Source: Ptychomitrium polyphyllum (Eukaryota). Taken from it: a DNA stretch of 64,000 nt. The position numbers were made by a program, and so were the translations under genes. A model generated the notes under the pieces. The model searched no databases. It was not told the DNA's origin and was given only the letters and a program-made list of their open reading frames with translations. Of the stretch, positions 27,049 through 41,047 are shown piece after piece. The first letter of the stretch is position 1, and each line of letters begins with the position of its first letter. Location: positions 13,144,001 to 13,208,000 of the forward strand of contig OZ316775.1 in assembly GCA_973851085.1 (NCBI GenBank). The letters run 5' to 3'.

Positions 27049-30000
27049 GACGTTGGAACAAGTGTAACTAATAGGATTCACTGCTTCAGTCATTGCTCCA
27101 GGATAGTGTATTTCAAATACACAACACAGATTAATTGAAAAGACATCAAATATTAGCTCAGTTGAAACTATTATGCATCCTATTAAATTCATGTAAGAGT
27201 GAGGTCGGACTGTCTTGTCACTTGTTGTTCTTTAGTTAAAATAATTCTTTTTGCGGAATGATGTTCAATATGGACCTTGAGCGGATAGTGCCGGCGAACT
27301 GGTAGAGTTCATACTCAGCCAGCTCATTTTGTGATCCTGAAGCGGCGCTGCTAGGAAGTTGTGGTGCGTAAATCCGATTGAGGAGTATTGAAAGGGGAAT
27401 TTTGTTGTGTGGTGGCGCTGCAGACGATCGCGTTCACGAACTTGAGGCTGAGTAGAAGAATCAAATCATCGGTTTCACAAACGATATCACTTAATCAATT
27501 GAGGAGAGCATCTCCAAGCATCTCTAAGTTGTTCACAATGTGTAGTATCGGATATGGCATGATTCTGTACAAAAAAGATGATTCTGGACCTTGTTAGATT
27601 CAGTTTTGTAGGGAGCATTTAGAGCCTGTATGTAAACCGTTCAATGAGCATCATGAGCCTGGATGCTGTTGGAGGGGAGGGGTCAATTCCAGACAATACT
27701 ACTGTTTCTTTTGGTCTGGGAGCTTATCTACTTTCTCTGTTAGTTGAGCCTGAGCTAAGAATGATACCTCATGAAGATAGGCATGAGATAACCATTCTAC
27801 CCACTAGTATTTGCAGAATTTATTTGCATTTCCTTGGCCTTTGCAGCATAGAGATTTGTGTACGCGATACTCATACTAGTAGTCTATCTCTTCACATTCT
27901 TTTAAAAAATGAGCCAGATGACACCGAGTGCACTTATTCTACAAGGCTTAGGTGCAGAATACTGTACCTGACAGCAATATAATTCGGGTGCTAAATGCCA
28001 CTTGCTGGTGTCAAATGTGAACCTTGCATGAAAATATTCAACAACAATGGGCAAAGAGAGTCTCCCTTTTCACTCAGTGTTTTCTGCTCACGACTTGTAT
28101 GTCCCTTGTGTGTTTCTTTCTCAAGAACTCACAGAAGTTTACAACTGTACTCACAAGGTAATCACTTGTACTGAAGTGCATGTATGCCCGAAACGTTAAT
28201 TGTGGTCCTGCAAGGAATTAGAATATTAGGAGGTCAATCATGTGTACTGGTTCCTCTATTTAATATGATAAATTTTGGAAACACAAAATTGTTATATTAA
28301 CCAAGTCTTGTATTATTGAACTTAGTTCTCAAAGAATTCTCATAATTTATCTCTACATTACAATAAAATAGGGATTTCAAATGTTGTATCATCATATGTC
28401 ATAGGTATATTAAAGAATGAGATTTCACTTAAAACTTTGGTTGTGCAAGAATTTGTTATAAAATTTTGGTTATTGTATAGATAAGTATTGTGTAAATTAA
28501 ATTAAATTGAAATGAGTTTTTTGGACACTTGGAAACATTAGAGTTATTAGTATTTACATATTCAAAATATCCTTAAATGTTTTGTATATATCAGAGTTAT
28601 TTGTAAATTCATCATATTTAATCTTAAAAAATCAATGAAATGATTTGCATTTCTTGCATTGAAAGATGTACTTCAAGCAAATAATCAAAAAAGATTTGTA
28701 TTCAAATATAGACTCCAATGACAAATACAAATGATATAAAAAAAAACATAAAATTATTAGTGGAATTTAAATTGAATAGTAGATGATTGACAAATAACTC
28801 TATTAAAACTTATATATGTATGTTATAAGAAGCTAAAGTGTATAGGTGAATATTTCAAGGATCGGTACTTCAAAGATAAGTATAGGTTCCATAAGTGTAA
28901 ATTATAAATAAGTTTTACACAATTAAATTTTTTGATAAAAGTCAAAGGTTATTATGAGAAAGAATATTTCACATATGGAATATGGAACTTCCTTGAAGGG
29001 AATCAGCATATTAGAAGATTAAATTTCAAGTAGGATTAGGTCAATTTTGTATTTTTTTTAATCAAAAATCATATGTATGTATAATACATCTTGTATATTC
29101 AACCACAAGTTATTCATTTTGGACGTTTTAAGGTTTTTAATGTTTAATATGGCATTTGGATGTTTGAACACGTTTAGAACATCTTGTGTAATAACGATCA
29201 AAACTTGTTTGGAAAATTTCTTTATAGATGTAGTAGTTATTTTAATATAGATGTAGGAGTTATTTTAATCTGGTCAAAGTGAGATGGATGAAGGTTTAAA
29301 TTGGGTTTTTTTGGATCCATCGAGTTCCATGCAAGTCCGAATGCATTCAAGTTCATGGTGATTTTAAGCCTTTCAATGCATTGGCAGCGTCATTGGCCAC
29401 TCTCATGAATTTATCTTGCTATCACTAAGCTGAGTCCAATCGCCTGACCTGGTAGTACACTGATAATGGAAAACAAAGAATCCGACAACATCCTCATTAA
29501 AACTATTTAGAAAAATAAGAAACTCAGTTTACAGGTGGGATAACAAGAAGAGGGACGATATAAAGCAGTGTCACCGAGACCACAATGTATCCACACTGAT
29601 CATCCAACTATCAAGCTGGCCAAGAGATGTCTTGGGATCCAAAGGCATGTCCGGGCTGCCAAATGTGTCTAGCCAGAAACTGAACAGAACAGACAACAAG
29701 CAAACCAATACAGACGGAGAAAAACAGTGTCACTGTGACAGAAGTCGGTACATGCAAGTGAAGAAGCACCTCCATTGCTCAAAGGGGTGGCAGGTTGGAA
29801 TGTCTTCGGATTCGAAGAGATCCCCTGGGTTGCCAAGTCTGACCCCAAGAAACCAACCAGTTGACAAGCACACAACACAGTATTGTATGTCAATAGAGGT
29901 GTTTCTAACATGTATTAGAAGTAATTCCATGAATGGATTTATTTTGTATCATTTTGTACAACCTAACGATCATGATCTTCAAACATACCAATACAACAAT

Positions 30001-33000
30001 GTTTTTGGAAAATTGTGCAAAACCCATCCTTTGTTTTGCACATGAGACAGAGATTGCAATTTATTATAGAGTGACATATGTGAAGAGTATGTTTCTTCAA
30101 TACCCTACTATTTTTAAGTCCATTGGACATATTTTGGTAATAAAGATCTATCTCTTCATTTCAAGGATAAATTCTCTTTTGTTAAATTTGGGTGTGACAA
30201 ATTAATGAATGCAAGCATTTTTTTTGCTTACAACCCTTTTAAAAATCATCCTTCCAACTTAGCTAATACCTTAAAATTTTCAAATCCAAATATTCCCATT
30301 GCAATACCAAATTGATACTAAACATCTTCCTAAACGGAAACATCACATTCAATGCCCCTTCTGTAAGTCTAATTATACAATTTCTAGAATTTATTTCTTT
30401 GTAATAATTTCTTCCTTAAAAATTCCATTGAAGCCAAAATTAACAAATATTAATCATTGATTGATAAAATTGCAATACTTGGCTAGAAAATTGTCCCTTT
30501 AGAAGTATTCACTCTAAAGACACTAGCTAAGGCTTTAAATGAATAAATTCTTGATTTACGCCAACTTTCTATAATAGATTTGGAGTCACTAGTCATCTTG
30601 ATTTTAATCATTCTATACAATATATAGGTTGGAATATTACTCCACATCATATAATATTGTATTAAGTTTTTTTTGTTTATTGCAACTTTGAAATATAAGT
30701 AGATCCGGAATTTGAACGTAAATACTTAAAAGATAAGCATAAGCTTCATAGTATAATCTAGCTTCCTATGGGGTGGTTGCTTAAATTCCCTCTTCCATTT
30801 GTAGATCAACTATGCTAACTCATTTTTATACTACAACCTCCAACACAAGCTTTCATTTGAGTTATTTGTTAGATAGGACTCCTTCACCTTGTATTTAGAA
30901 CGAATGTATTTCTTTTATAAAGGATACTCCCCTACAATCTTTGGCACAATCATTAAAGCACTTATGTTTTGAGAGAGAATTTAAAGAAAGTTTTGAGCAC
31001 CTAAGGTAAACTAAAGATTGGCTTGGAAAATTGGCTAGCTTTGAGGAAGTCCAAAGTTTGAAGCTTCTATCCATACTCTAGCATTGCATAAGCTCTTCAT
31101 TGGTTTATCAAAAGATAAGGTGAAATATTCTTTATCTCCTTTGCATGATAAAAGTTAGTTTCAAGTTATATTTCATGAAACCTTCTACTTTAAGGAGGAC
31201 TTCATGGACAACTCTAGCATTGTGGAAACTTCTGGTAAAATGATTGAAGATTTGGCACCATTGCTCCCAGCTTCTTGGATGATGAATGTCATACTCACCT
31301 TGCCAAATAATTTAGCCCCAAACCTGCCCCAGTTTGTAGCGTGTAGTGCAAGACAAACGGCTTCTGCTATTTCAACTTCGTACAAACAGCAGTCATGAAC
31401 CTGAAAGTTCCAAAATGCACACACTGTAGAACAAAGAGGACCAAAATTTAAAATGGAGAGAAGGCATGTGCCTTTCAGACGAGCACACGCAAAAAGGAAG
31501 GGTCTGCACTTCTGTTGCTAATACGAAGTTTCCACATAAAGTGTCAAGGATTTCCAATCAAGGAGGTTGTGGCACGTGTTACTTTTCTTCAAAAAATAAT
31601 TCTCTTATGCCAAACTTAACCATGGGTTCCCAAAATTAATGTCAAGTCTTTGAAAAAATTTACTACCTTGGTATATTAATTCCTAAGGGCGCCAGGTTAC
31701 AAATTCTATAATTTTGAATAAATGAAACTTTGAAGAGATGTTTCTCCATCATTTGGTGTTTGGTTTTAAAGATTTATTGGATGAGTTTCTAAATTAAGTT
31801 TAATTATTCTAATGAAAATCTTACATCAATTCAAGATGTTTGTGAAGATTTGGAAAGCATTTTGACATAGGCAGATTTGATTGTGAAATACCTTTTGCAT
31901 TATTAAAGTCAAGCCGTCTTTTAGACATTTTTGTATGGCCATTTTTGTTCACATTCGTTCTTTAGAATGGATTCTTTATATTATTTTTTGTTAATATGAT
32001 GTCAAATAACTTCCAAATTAAAAGTTATTTCATTGAAATATTTTTAGTGATAAAATATCAATTTCAAACCACCATAATCAAAAAATTTAGAAGCAATTTT
32101 TTTATATAAGAACATGTGATCTTTTAGTCTAAAGGTCCTCATAACTTCAAATTTGATTCATGTCATTTGTAAGAAGACTAATACAAGATTATAGGATGAA
32201 TATTTTCATTTTTCACTTCTATTTAGACTTATAACACTTATAAAGTAATTTTGTTTGAATTCAAAACAAGTCTTTTGGGATAAACCATTCTATATATTTA
32301 AGACTGATATATTTGTGAGAATTTTTCAATTCTGATTTTTATAGAAAAAAAAGAAACACTTCATATAAGCATTTTTATTTCCATTTTTTAAGTGATCTTG
32401 TAAAACATTTATGCCAAAGTAGTGAAGTGAGTACAGTACAGCATGCGGAAAATCATTCTCTTAGCAATTTTATTAAACCATAAAAAGAAGTTGAACCAGT
32501 TCATCACATTTATGCAAATATGGTAACATGAAGGGATTAAAACTGAAGCAATAGTTGAGACTTTGACTTTGATTTTCAAAGACAATGAATATAGGCGGTG
32601 TGAGCCAAAGAATTCAAGTGACCACATTGAAGATGGTGGTATCATGGCAAGTCATTGCGCATGCAGCAAACTTTGCATTGGCAATAAATTAACAGTACTA
32701 GGACATTGAGTATCAGGTACTGAAATATGCATCAAAATTCACCTGTTATCTTCCTCTATGAGGTTGACCCCAAATGTTGTGAGTTATTGCTTTGTGGTCA
32801 TGTAAAAGTGAAATATAGCTGTTGTTGTATACAAAAAGTTTTTTCCACCAAAGTTAAATAATTGTAGAATAATCTTCATTATCTTTGGTTTCAATTTCAA
32901 GATTTTTAGATTTTTAGATTTTTAGGATTCTTTTTGGGATTGTCTTAAGGTATTAAGTGTGAACCTTGGAGTAGGATATAGCGTGTTTAGGTACTATTGG

Positions 33001-36000
33001 CTTTTTATTGTTGAATCTCAACTTTAACCATAGAAATGATGGTTATTATATTTAAACCTAGTCAACAAAATAAAATTTGTCAAGTCCATTTTGAACTTTA
33101 AATAATTCCAAAATGTTTATATAGATGTAGATAATAAAAAGGATTCAATCATAGGCCTAGGCCTTTAGCAAGTAAAGTATCGATAATGACTGTAACACTA
33201 TCAATTTATGAAACCACCTCATTAATGTATCATTGCTATTATGAAGAAAATGAGTCACATTGACAAAACAAAGTAAAAAATGGGGCTCTAAAGTGATGGT
33301 TATAGAATTAAAGTATGATAAATATGAATTAATGGAATAGTAGCAAAAGAAAAGAGGATGAAAACACACTTGCTATTTAATGAAATATTGTGGTGGTAAC
33401 AAATTTAATACATTACAATGGTGTTTTGAATAAAATTATGGCATATTAAAAATGGCAAGTAAAGGGTTGAGTTGTAATTTGTATTTAATAGTGTTATAGT
33501 AGTTTGGTGGCGTTATTTTTGAAAATCCATAACCAATATATACTTTAGCCCAGTGATAATGTTTTCAAGATTTTTGGCATTTCATATCATGAGCCTATAA
33601 AAAAAAAGCATGACTAAAATGAATTGAAAAAATATATTTTAAAAGATATTAAAATTTTTATCAAATATGTCATCTTTTCCACCAACCATCTTGAACTTAA
33701 TAAAAACATGTTTAATAAGCAATTGATATTATAAAAAAAATAAAAAGAAATCCATGCATTGGAAGGGCACATGCTTAACATGAAAAATCTATAAGAACTA
33801 CAAGAAATTGCATTTATTAACATTCAAATTGTATTGGATTCTATTAATTTTAGCCATGAATAAATAATTCCAATTTCATCAAATTTTGGTGGTTTTTGCG
33901 GTAAAATATATGTGAATAGTTTAAATTTTTGTCATCATATAATTACATGATTATATGAAGTATTTTATATTAAATATGATATTTTTACAAAGAAGATAAA
34001 AAACTATTATTTCATAAATAAATTCTATCTTTAACTAATTTGTAATATATTTATTAGAATTGTATTTTTTAAATAAAAGAAGAGCTATTAAAATCTTATA
34101 ACTTTTGAAATTTCAAAGAATGTATAGGACATATTGTAGATTGAACAAAAAAAAATTTGATTGATAAACTATTAATTATATAAACATTATAGCTTATTGA
34201 GTGCTAAGTCTAATGAAACCTTTGATTGTTTAGCTCTAAAGAAATAAAAATAAATTAGACATAGTAGATATGTTGGCATACTTTTGACATTTTCTATATA
34301 TAAAAGATTACAAATTAGAATCTCAATATTTTTATACCATAGAAATCTTAATTCCAATTTTACTTTTGACCACATATATATATGAGATGAAAAACCATTC
34401 CAAATACAATAAATTATTATTTATTGTGCTAATAGCAATGGCCACATTCAACTTTTAAAAATTGAGGTTAGATGCCAAATAATTTACACCAAGAGCCACA
34501 ATTGCATATCAAAATAATAAGTTTTATTTTTTTATTATAAATAACATCATGTTAATAATTTTTCTTTAATGAAACTTGTCAAGGTTAGGTTTACTTATCA
34601 TGCTTTAAATATGCCACTTAATCAAATAAAACAATGGAGCTAAGGCCTTTATGATCTCCAATTTTAAACCTTTACAATTTTTTCATGTAATATTCAAATA
34701 TCTCATTTTAAATCTAGTTGAATTCATTATTCTTTTATATATAATTCAATGGAATAAAAAATAAAATTAAGAGTAATCATTTTCAATTCTTATGGATAAT
34801 ATTGACTTGAAGGTCATTCATTTCAACTACTAAAACATTGAATATAATACATTTTATTTTCAAAATTTTAAAACTTTCTAAAATTAATTGATTTATAACC
34901 ATTAAAAATCAAAAATAGTATAACCATAGTTCTAATATGAGTTTTCATGAAATTATATTCTAAAGTATTTTTACAAGTTGAATAAGTCAATTTAAACACA
35001 ATAATAGTTCCATTGTAATGTACACATTTGTTATAACTTATGTATTATGGAGTCTAATTGCAAATACATATGTTGAATTTCTTATTTTTAAAAAAAAAGT
35101 AATAATTAATCCAAATTCTTACCAAAAGATATTGAAAATTATGATCTATAAATTGAATATGGATTAATGTTGGAATAACATAAAATTTATATCATGTATC
35201 AATTATAGTAATCAAATTTAAACACAAGGTGAGGAATTGGTTACATTATCATGGATTTTTGTTTTTTTTTAAAAAGAAAATTCTTTTTTTCCTTCTAATC
35301 AAAATTAGAGTTTCTTTAATAGACAAACAAAAAGTAAGCCTTTGTAGTGGACTAATATAAAGAATTATGTAAACACCATATTTTTATGCGCATTGTTTCT
35401 TTTCAAAAGAAAAACTTTAATGGTGATAAGCTTGACATATTATAATATTTTGAATAACATTAAATGAACGTTTCTTAAATTTTGAAGTTTTTCACTTAAA
35501 AATATTTTTGTAGCAATTCAACAATTGGAATATAATTAAATTCTTATTGTGGTGGTGGGAATCTGCTGGCCTTTACCTTAGATAGTGGCCTTTGTCAAAG
35601 TCACTGTTCAAGCTTGTTGAGAGTTCAATATGTGCAAGAATAAAAGGAGGCAAATTTGTACACAGGCAAATATACATGCATACATGAGTCATGCTACTAC
35701 TAATGGTTGATTCATGTCCACCAAATGTACTTACTTATATTCAGACATGATGATCTTTAATGTTTTATGAAAGTGTAACATAAATCCATTTCAAGATCCA
35801 AAAGAATTGGTCATTTACTAAAGTGTTCAATTGTAAAATCTAATTTCTTCAAAATGAACACCACAGCTAGGGCTTCAGAGATCAAGAGGCCCCAGAGTGG
35901 TCACTTAACTCATGCCTATGGTTGTAACTCCAAACCTATGCTGAATTGCCTTGAGTGTAGAATTGTTCAACTTTGGGGATGACAAGAAGCAGATCATGGA

Positions 36001-37099
36001 CTAATTTGCACTCCATTCCAGTAATCACAACCATTAAAATACCACTTTGTAGGATGCACTCTGCTTAGGTTTTGTGCATACACAGTAAAAAGAAATGTGG
36101 AAATTGGAATGTTTGGTGAACATATGTTGAAAATCTCATTCATTGTCAATGCCATTTACATATAGAGAGGGTTCATAGCATCTTACGGGATCAGTGGAAA
36201 AGCATACAGGTCCTTTCCACATTATGATGTGTTTTCAATGGGGCCCAATGTGCTTTCTACTCTAGCAAATACAAATGCTGTATAACACTCACAGATGATG
36301 TATATAAGGCCCTTCGACCCATGAAATCACATGTGGGCTTACAAACCCATGCTCATTGCTTACACAACAACAAAAGGACAGTTGATGTTCAGAAAGAGAC
36401 ATCTTGGTTATGACTTGGTTGTACCATATGGTGAAGGCCTTACCCAAAACTTTCTCCTTTAGTTGAAAAGATGTATGGCAAATGGATAGGGTTGACTAAT
36501 AAACAAGTCTATGATGATTTTTTAGGAATCAAGGCCTAAAAGTCAACCAATGGTGGATTTATGGAAACAATTGTTGCCAACTACGTCTAAAAATTTCCAA
36601 GTTGATGACTCACAATTAGTTGCCTTGATCTCCTTCTTAATTCATCTTAGAAAGGCCCACCACCATATTCTACATCTTAGACTCAAAACCACAAAGCTTT
36701 TGTAAGTAGCCTATTGACTCTTGAAACTAAGCCAACTTTACAAAATACACATTATAACAAACTAAGTTGTTTTCAAAGATTTGGAAAATATTTAGATGCA
36801 ATGCTCTAAATGATGGTTGGTTCCAAAAATATGCCGCTAATAATAACTTTTGATATTGAAGATTTTTCTTTTCAACTTGTTATTTGCTTGATGAGGTTGT
36901 CCGCAATTGCCACTAGCTAAATTAAATTGGAAAAAAAAAAAAAAAAAATCAAAAAATTATAAAGTTCAAAATAATAAGTTTACAATCCATTCAATGTAAA
37001 GTGGATGACACTATAAATGGTCATCAAATTTCCTTAGCTGATATCAAGGATGATGACTTTCCTCTTGCCTTAGTCAACAAAGCAAGAATATTTTGTGGT

Positions 37100-37440
37100 G
37101 CATTGCCAACACTTGTGCCATATTCAAGATCTTTTGCAATTTGGACACGCAAGCTCAATATGGTTTGAAATGTTATTTTTCAAACCATAGAGAAGGCATT
37201 GTTAATGAGTAAAAATAATCCATGAATATATTCACAAGCACCATGGTTGCTTAAAATTTTGCTAATGAATCAATGCCACTTTTATTGAAGTCAAGCCATA
37301 GATTTCAACACTCCACTATAAATTATTAGTAGGTACCTTGCTTTTTAGTAACATCATAATGGCTGTTTGCTTACTTTAAGATCAAAGAGCAATGGTGTTT
37401 AGAGGTCAATTGCCATTGACACCTTGGATTGGAAATTCTT
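37100..37440 (-). mobile_element. Highly decayed Ty3/gypsy integrase fragment
   Basis: Minus-strand remnants 'FPIQG', 'ILSNHGACEYI' and 'VQIAKD' occur in the order of recalled gypsy integrase motifs (LPxQG...VLSRFGACAECL...MVQTCKK). Many stops and frameshifts. Confidence 0.35.
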
Positions 37441-38429
37441 CCTTAAACTAAGAGCTTGATATCAATAGCTCAATATTTGATAATGGCTAGTGTCATATTT
37501 TAGATGTACAATTATATTTAATCAAACTTGGTAGTATAAAATAAGAGTCATTTTGAAAGTACTATGCAATTTTTCTATTGTATGATTATTCTAATCCAAA
37601 TTGTTCTTACTTAATTGTATACTTTATTTTAAATTAATAAAACTATCTACATTAGATTCCACACTCTATTATTTTATTGATTAATGCTAAGTATGAGATT
37701 AATATTCTAATTAGTTTTTGTATGTCAATTTGGAGATTTGTTTGAGTCTACAATTTGAATCTGTATATTAGTTTGGTTAAAGATTGTATAGTTGATTATT
37801 AGGCCAACAATGATCCATTAATAAAAAAATACTTGGAAGAGTACTTCACCCTTTTGTAATATGTTAGGAGGCAATGGAACCAAAATCCATCACGGTTAAG
37901 AAATTTGATCTATTTCTTTGTTTAAATCAACATGTAGCAAAAGAATTTAGAGTTCAATATGGTTTGTTGCTTTGACTCAAGACTTTGGTAAAGCAAATGC
38001 CTAAAAAAAGTTCTTATGATTGTTTTGGTAAGACCCTTTATACTTTGTGGACAACCAAATTCAAATAGTGATTATACTAATGAAGGCCCTTATTTTGCTA
38101 TAAAAGAGGAAGCTGAAAGCACAAAAGTTGTTCCTTTCGTAGATTAGCAATGAAGGGTTGTAGCATGCAATTTTGCTCCATTGGTTGGAAAAAAGACAAG
38201 AAAGTTTTATAATTGGCCATTGAAAAAAGGGCCACACCTTATTGGTAATAAAGCACAAAAGGTATAGGCTTTCATTTACATATTTTGAAGTTTTTTTTCC
38301 TATAACCTTGAAGATCCTGATGATTAAAAAAATAAATCTATTTACATTTAATTAAAAGATGATAAACCAATCTTTAGGTGGCCTTGTAAATCTAGTGCCT
38401 TATAAAGCAACAGTGTTCAAACTTATTGC

Positions 38430-38790
38430 TAAGAATTATTGGTTGCAAGGTTGCTTGAATCCTTGCAATGGTAAGTATGCTTGTGCTATAAGTATGCTTT
38501 CCAAAAAGATGTGTTTGACAATTACTCAAAGATGCATATGGTTAGAAATTGCCATCAAATTAATTATAAAACCAAGGCAAACTAGTATGCAATGCCAATG
38601 CTAGAGGAAATATTTCATGTAGCGGAATTTGTTGACTTTTTAGTACTTTGGACTTACTATTCAATTATTACCAACTATATTTACTTGTAGGAAATTGGGT
38701 GAAGATAACATTTTGAAAATACATAAAGATGGCAAGCATCAACTCTATTACTAGAAGTTCCTTCCATTTGGCATCACAAATGCACCATGT
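38430..38790 (+). mobile_element. Decayed Ty3/gypsy reverse-transcriptase fragment (N-terminal part)
   Basis: Translates with frameshifts to ...NGKYACAISMLSKKDVFDN...KTKAN*YAMPMLEEIF...DGKHQLYY*KFLPFGITNAP, matching gypsy RT motifs YPMP and LPFGLKNAP. Confidence 0.8.
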
Positions 38791-39529
38791 AAACCATGTA
38801 AACTGTTCAATGTATTATTTTTCACTTAAAAAGCTGACCATTGTTGGTGATAGTTTGGAATTAGGTATGAATAAGAACCAGGTGGATGTAATTCATAATT
38901 AATTGGATTTTAGTGGAAAATCTATGTATTTGAGGTTATGGAAAGGCTTAGGCCTTATTTTGGGGCTAATCATATTTGAGATGTGGAAGGAATAGAAGGA
39001 ATTAACTTAGCCATGGTGGATGATGTCTACACAAGTATGCTTTGCATTTTAGTTGGAATTGTCTTTGAATTTAAAGTAAAGGGCTAGAATTAGAGTAAGG
39101 GCCTGAAGTTGGAGAAGGAGAGTCCTGCCATTAAGACAGGCGGCGGATTTGGAGGATAACGGACCGGATTGGATGGAATCCATCCGGTGAAGGGGACCAG
39201 TTGAGCTAGGCAGGAGTAGAGGTGAGGGCCCAGTTCACTCAATTGCAGGAAAGTAAGCGAGTGCTAGCTGAAACTCAAACCAGTTTAAAATGTAGGTTGA
39301 TTAGGGCCATAGTTTGTAGTGTTAGATTGCTGAGATAACCAAATGATGTAAAATGACATCAAGGCCAGCTGAATTACTTAGCATTGTATGCACATAGCTA
39401 AGAGTGTTATATTGATAAACTAGCCAATCAATACATCATTGTTGCACACAATTTCAAAATATTATGATCATCAATTAATAATAAACCATGGTAGAAATCT
39501 TAGAAAACTAATATGAATTAGGGTTTAGG

Positions 39530-39985
39530 ATGTATATGCAGAATTTGACTGGTTATAGCAATGGAAATTGCACTAGTGTCTTGGCAATTATAAAATTTTC
39601 CACAACTGATTACCATACCTGGGCTATATAATTATTCCAAGAGGTCTTGGCGTACAACAAGCAAAAGTGAATGCTTTGCAAAAGATTCTAACACCTAGTA
39701 ATGTGTCTTGACTTTGTGTTTTTTTTGGATTGGCAACTTGTAACCGTTAATTTGTCAAAGCCTTTAGTTTCATTGCCAAAGGTTTTTCTACTTTTACAAG
39801 CAAGAACAAGCCTTAGATTGAAGGTTGTGAACAACACTACGCATTTAATATGTTGAAGCAATGGTTAGGTTTAGCTCCATTAGAATCCAATATACCTAGA
39901 AGCAATTTTGATATAGAAGGATGATAAGGGCGGAACTATGCCATTGCATTTGCTTCTAGAAGCAATAACATTAAAAGGTCTTAAT
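39530..39985 (+). mobile_element. Decayed Ty3/gypsy RT C-terminus / RNase H fragment
   Basis: ...LPYLGYIIIPRGLGVQQAKVNALQKILTP...FFGLATCNR*FVKAFSFIAK...AFNMLKQWLGLAP...YAIAFASRSNN, matching gypsy YLGH, FLGLANYYRRFV and VAYASRS motifs. Confidence 0.85.
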
Positions 39986-40703
39986 TATCACATTTGCATG
40001 GATCACACGGTAGCATGGTCGCCCTCCCCCCCCCTTTCTTTTCACAATAAACAAAATAAAGGGGGTTAGGTAGAACAATTGCTTCTTTAAGATTCATAGA
40101 ACCATTAATGGAGCACAATTACTTATTAAGACCTTGTAATATTATTAAAATAATTACTTGATTAGACTTTTAGAAAAGATAACATAAAGAATTTTAGTTA
40201 TTTAAAACACTTTCAATTAGAAAGGATCTTTGTAAGAGTATATAAGAGATATTCAAGAAGGTAGTTATCTTAGCTTTTTCACATGTGTGATTTTGAATGA
40301 TTTATGAAAAATAACTGAGTTATATGGAGAGGAGAGCCTCAATATATATCCTACATTTACATTTACATTTATAGTCATGGAATTTATATGCAATTATATT
40401 TACATTGTACTCAATATTATTAATTGCACATTGATAAGTTACCGTGTGGATGTACTCGCTACTTCGTGTCATATGACAAAAACGGGGATAGTACGAAAGA
40501 GAAGTGAAACTGATATGGGCACTGTACACGAGAGCAAGGGGGCGTGACGTAAGTTCCAAGGGGTAGGCCCTAGGCGGGGGGGGGGATGATCGTGATCAGC
40601 ACCGGGGGTGCGGAGGGCAGCGCAGCCACCGAGGCTGAAAGGAGCAAGGGAACTCCTTCCTGCAGTGGCGACCGCGACCGCGACCCCTGCGCACCCCTGC
40701 CGA

Positions 40704-40732
40704 GCCAAGCCAAGCCAAGCCAAGCCAAGCCA
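40704..40732. repeat. (GCCAA)5+ pentanucleotide repeat in the promoter of H+-ATPase copy 1
   Basis: Read directly. Confidence 0.9.
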
Positions 40733-40894
40733 CCCCACTCCACACCACACTGCAGAGCTGCAGGGAGCACCGGGCGAGGGGCGCGGGGCACTCCGGGGGG
40801 ATGCAGGGGGGGCGCAGGGCAGGGAGGGGGGGGGGTGTGGGAACCATGGGGTATTAAAGCACGGCACCTCCGCCGCGGCAGTGTCGCCAGTCCC

Positions 40895-40967
40895 ATGAGC
40901 GGAGCTTCTTCCTCCTCTCTCAGCGTCCCGTGACCCCCTGCGCTCCGCTTCCCCCATGCTCCTCTGA
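40895..40967 (+). promoter_or_regulatory. Two putative uORFs in the leader of H+-ATPase copy 1 (MSGASSSSLSVP* 40895-40933; MLL* 40956-40967)
   Basis: Both lie between a TATA-like TATTAAA (40852-40858) and the main ATG (41048). The TSS is inferred, not known. Confidence 0.6.
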
Positions 40968-41047
40968 GTGGCTCCCCTCTTTCTTTTCTTCTTGCGGGAG
41001 CTCGCTCCCGTCGTTCAGCCGCTGCGCCATTCTCTCTCGCGTCCGCA

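Noticed and set aside
27644..27982. 112-aa ORF as an alternative USP last exon or a separate gene
   Set aside because: No homology recognised; the exon at 27026-27048 has a better acceptor and an RD2-like DW ending.
29733..29752. TGACAGAAG, a miR156-like 5' end
   Set aside because: The match stops after 9 nt and there is no complementary arm.
30200..31200. Possible LINE remnant (SFLWGG-like motif)
   Set aside because: A single short motif with no colinear support, so no family can be assigned.
31279..31404. Possible C/D box snoRNA (ATGATGA...CTGA)
   Set aside because: No convincing terminal stem and no recognisable rRNA antisense element.
39163..39210. Hairpin followed by CTAG as a Helitron 3' end
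   Set aside because: Spacing is long, the CTAG is not followed by T, and no 5' TC terminus was identified.
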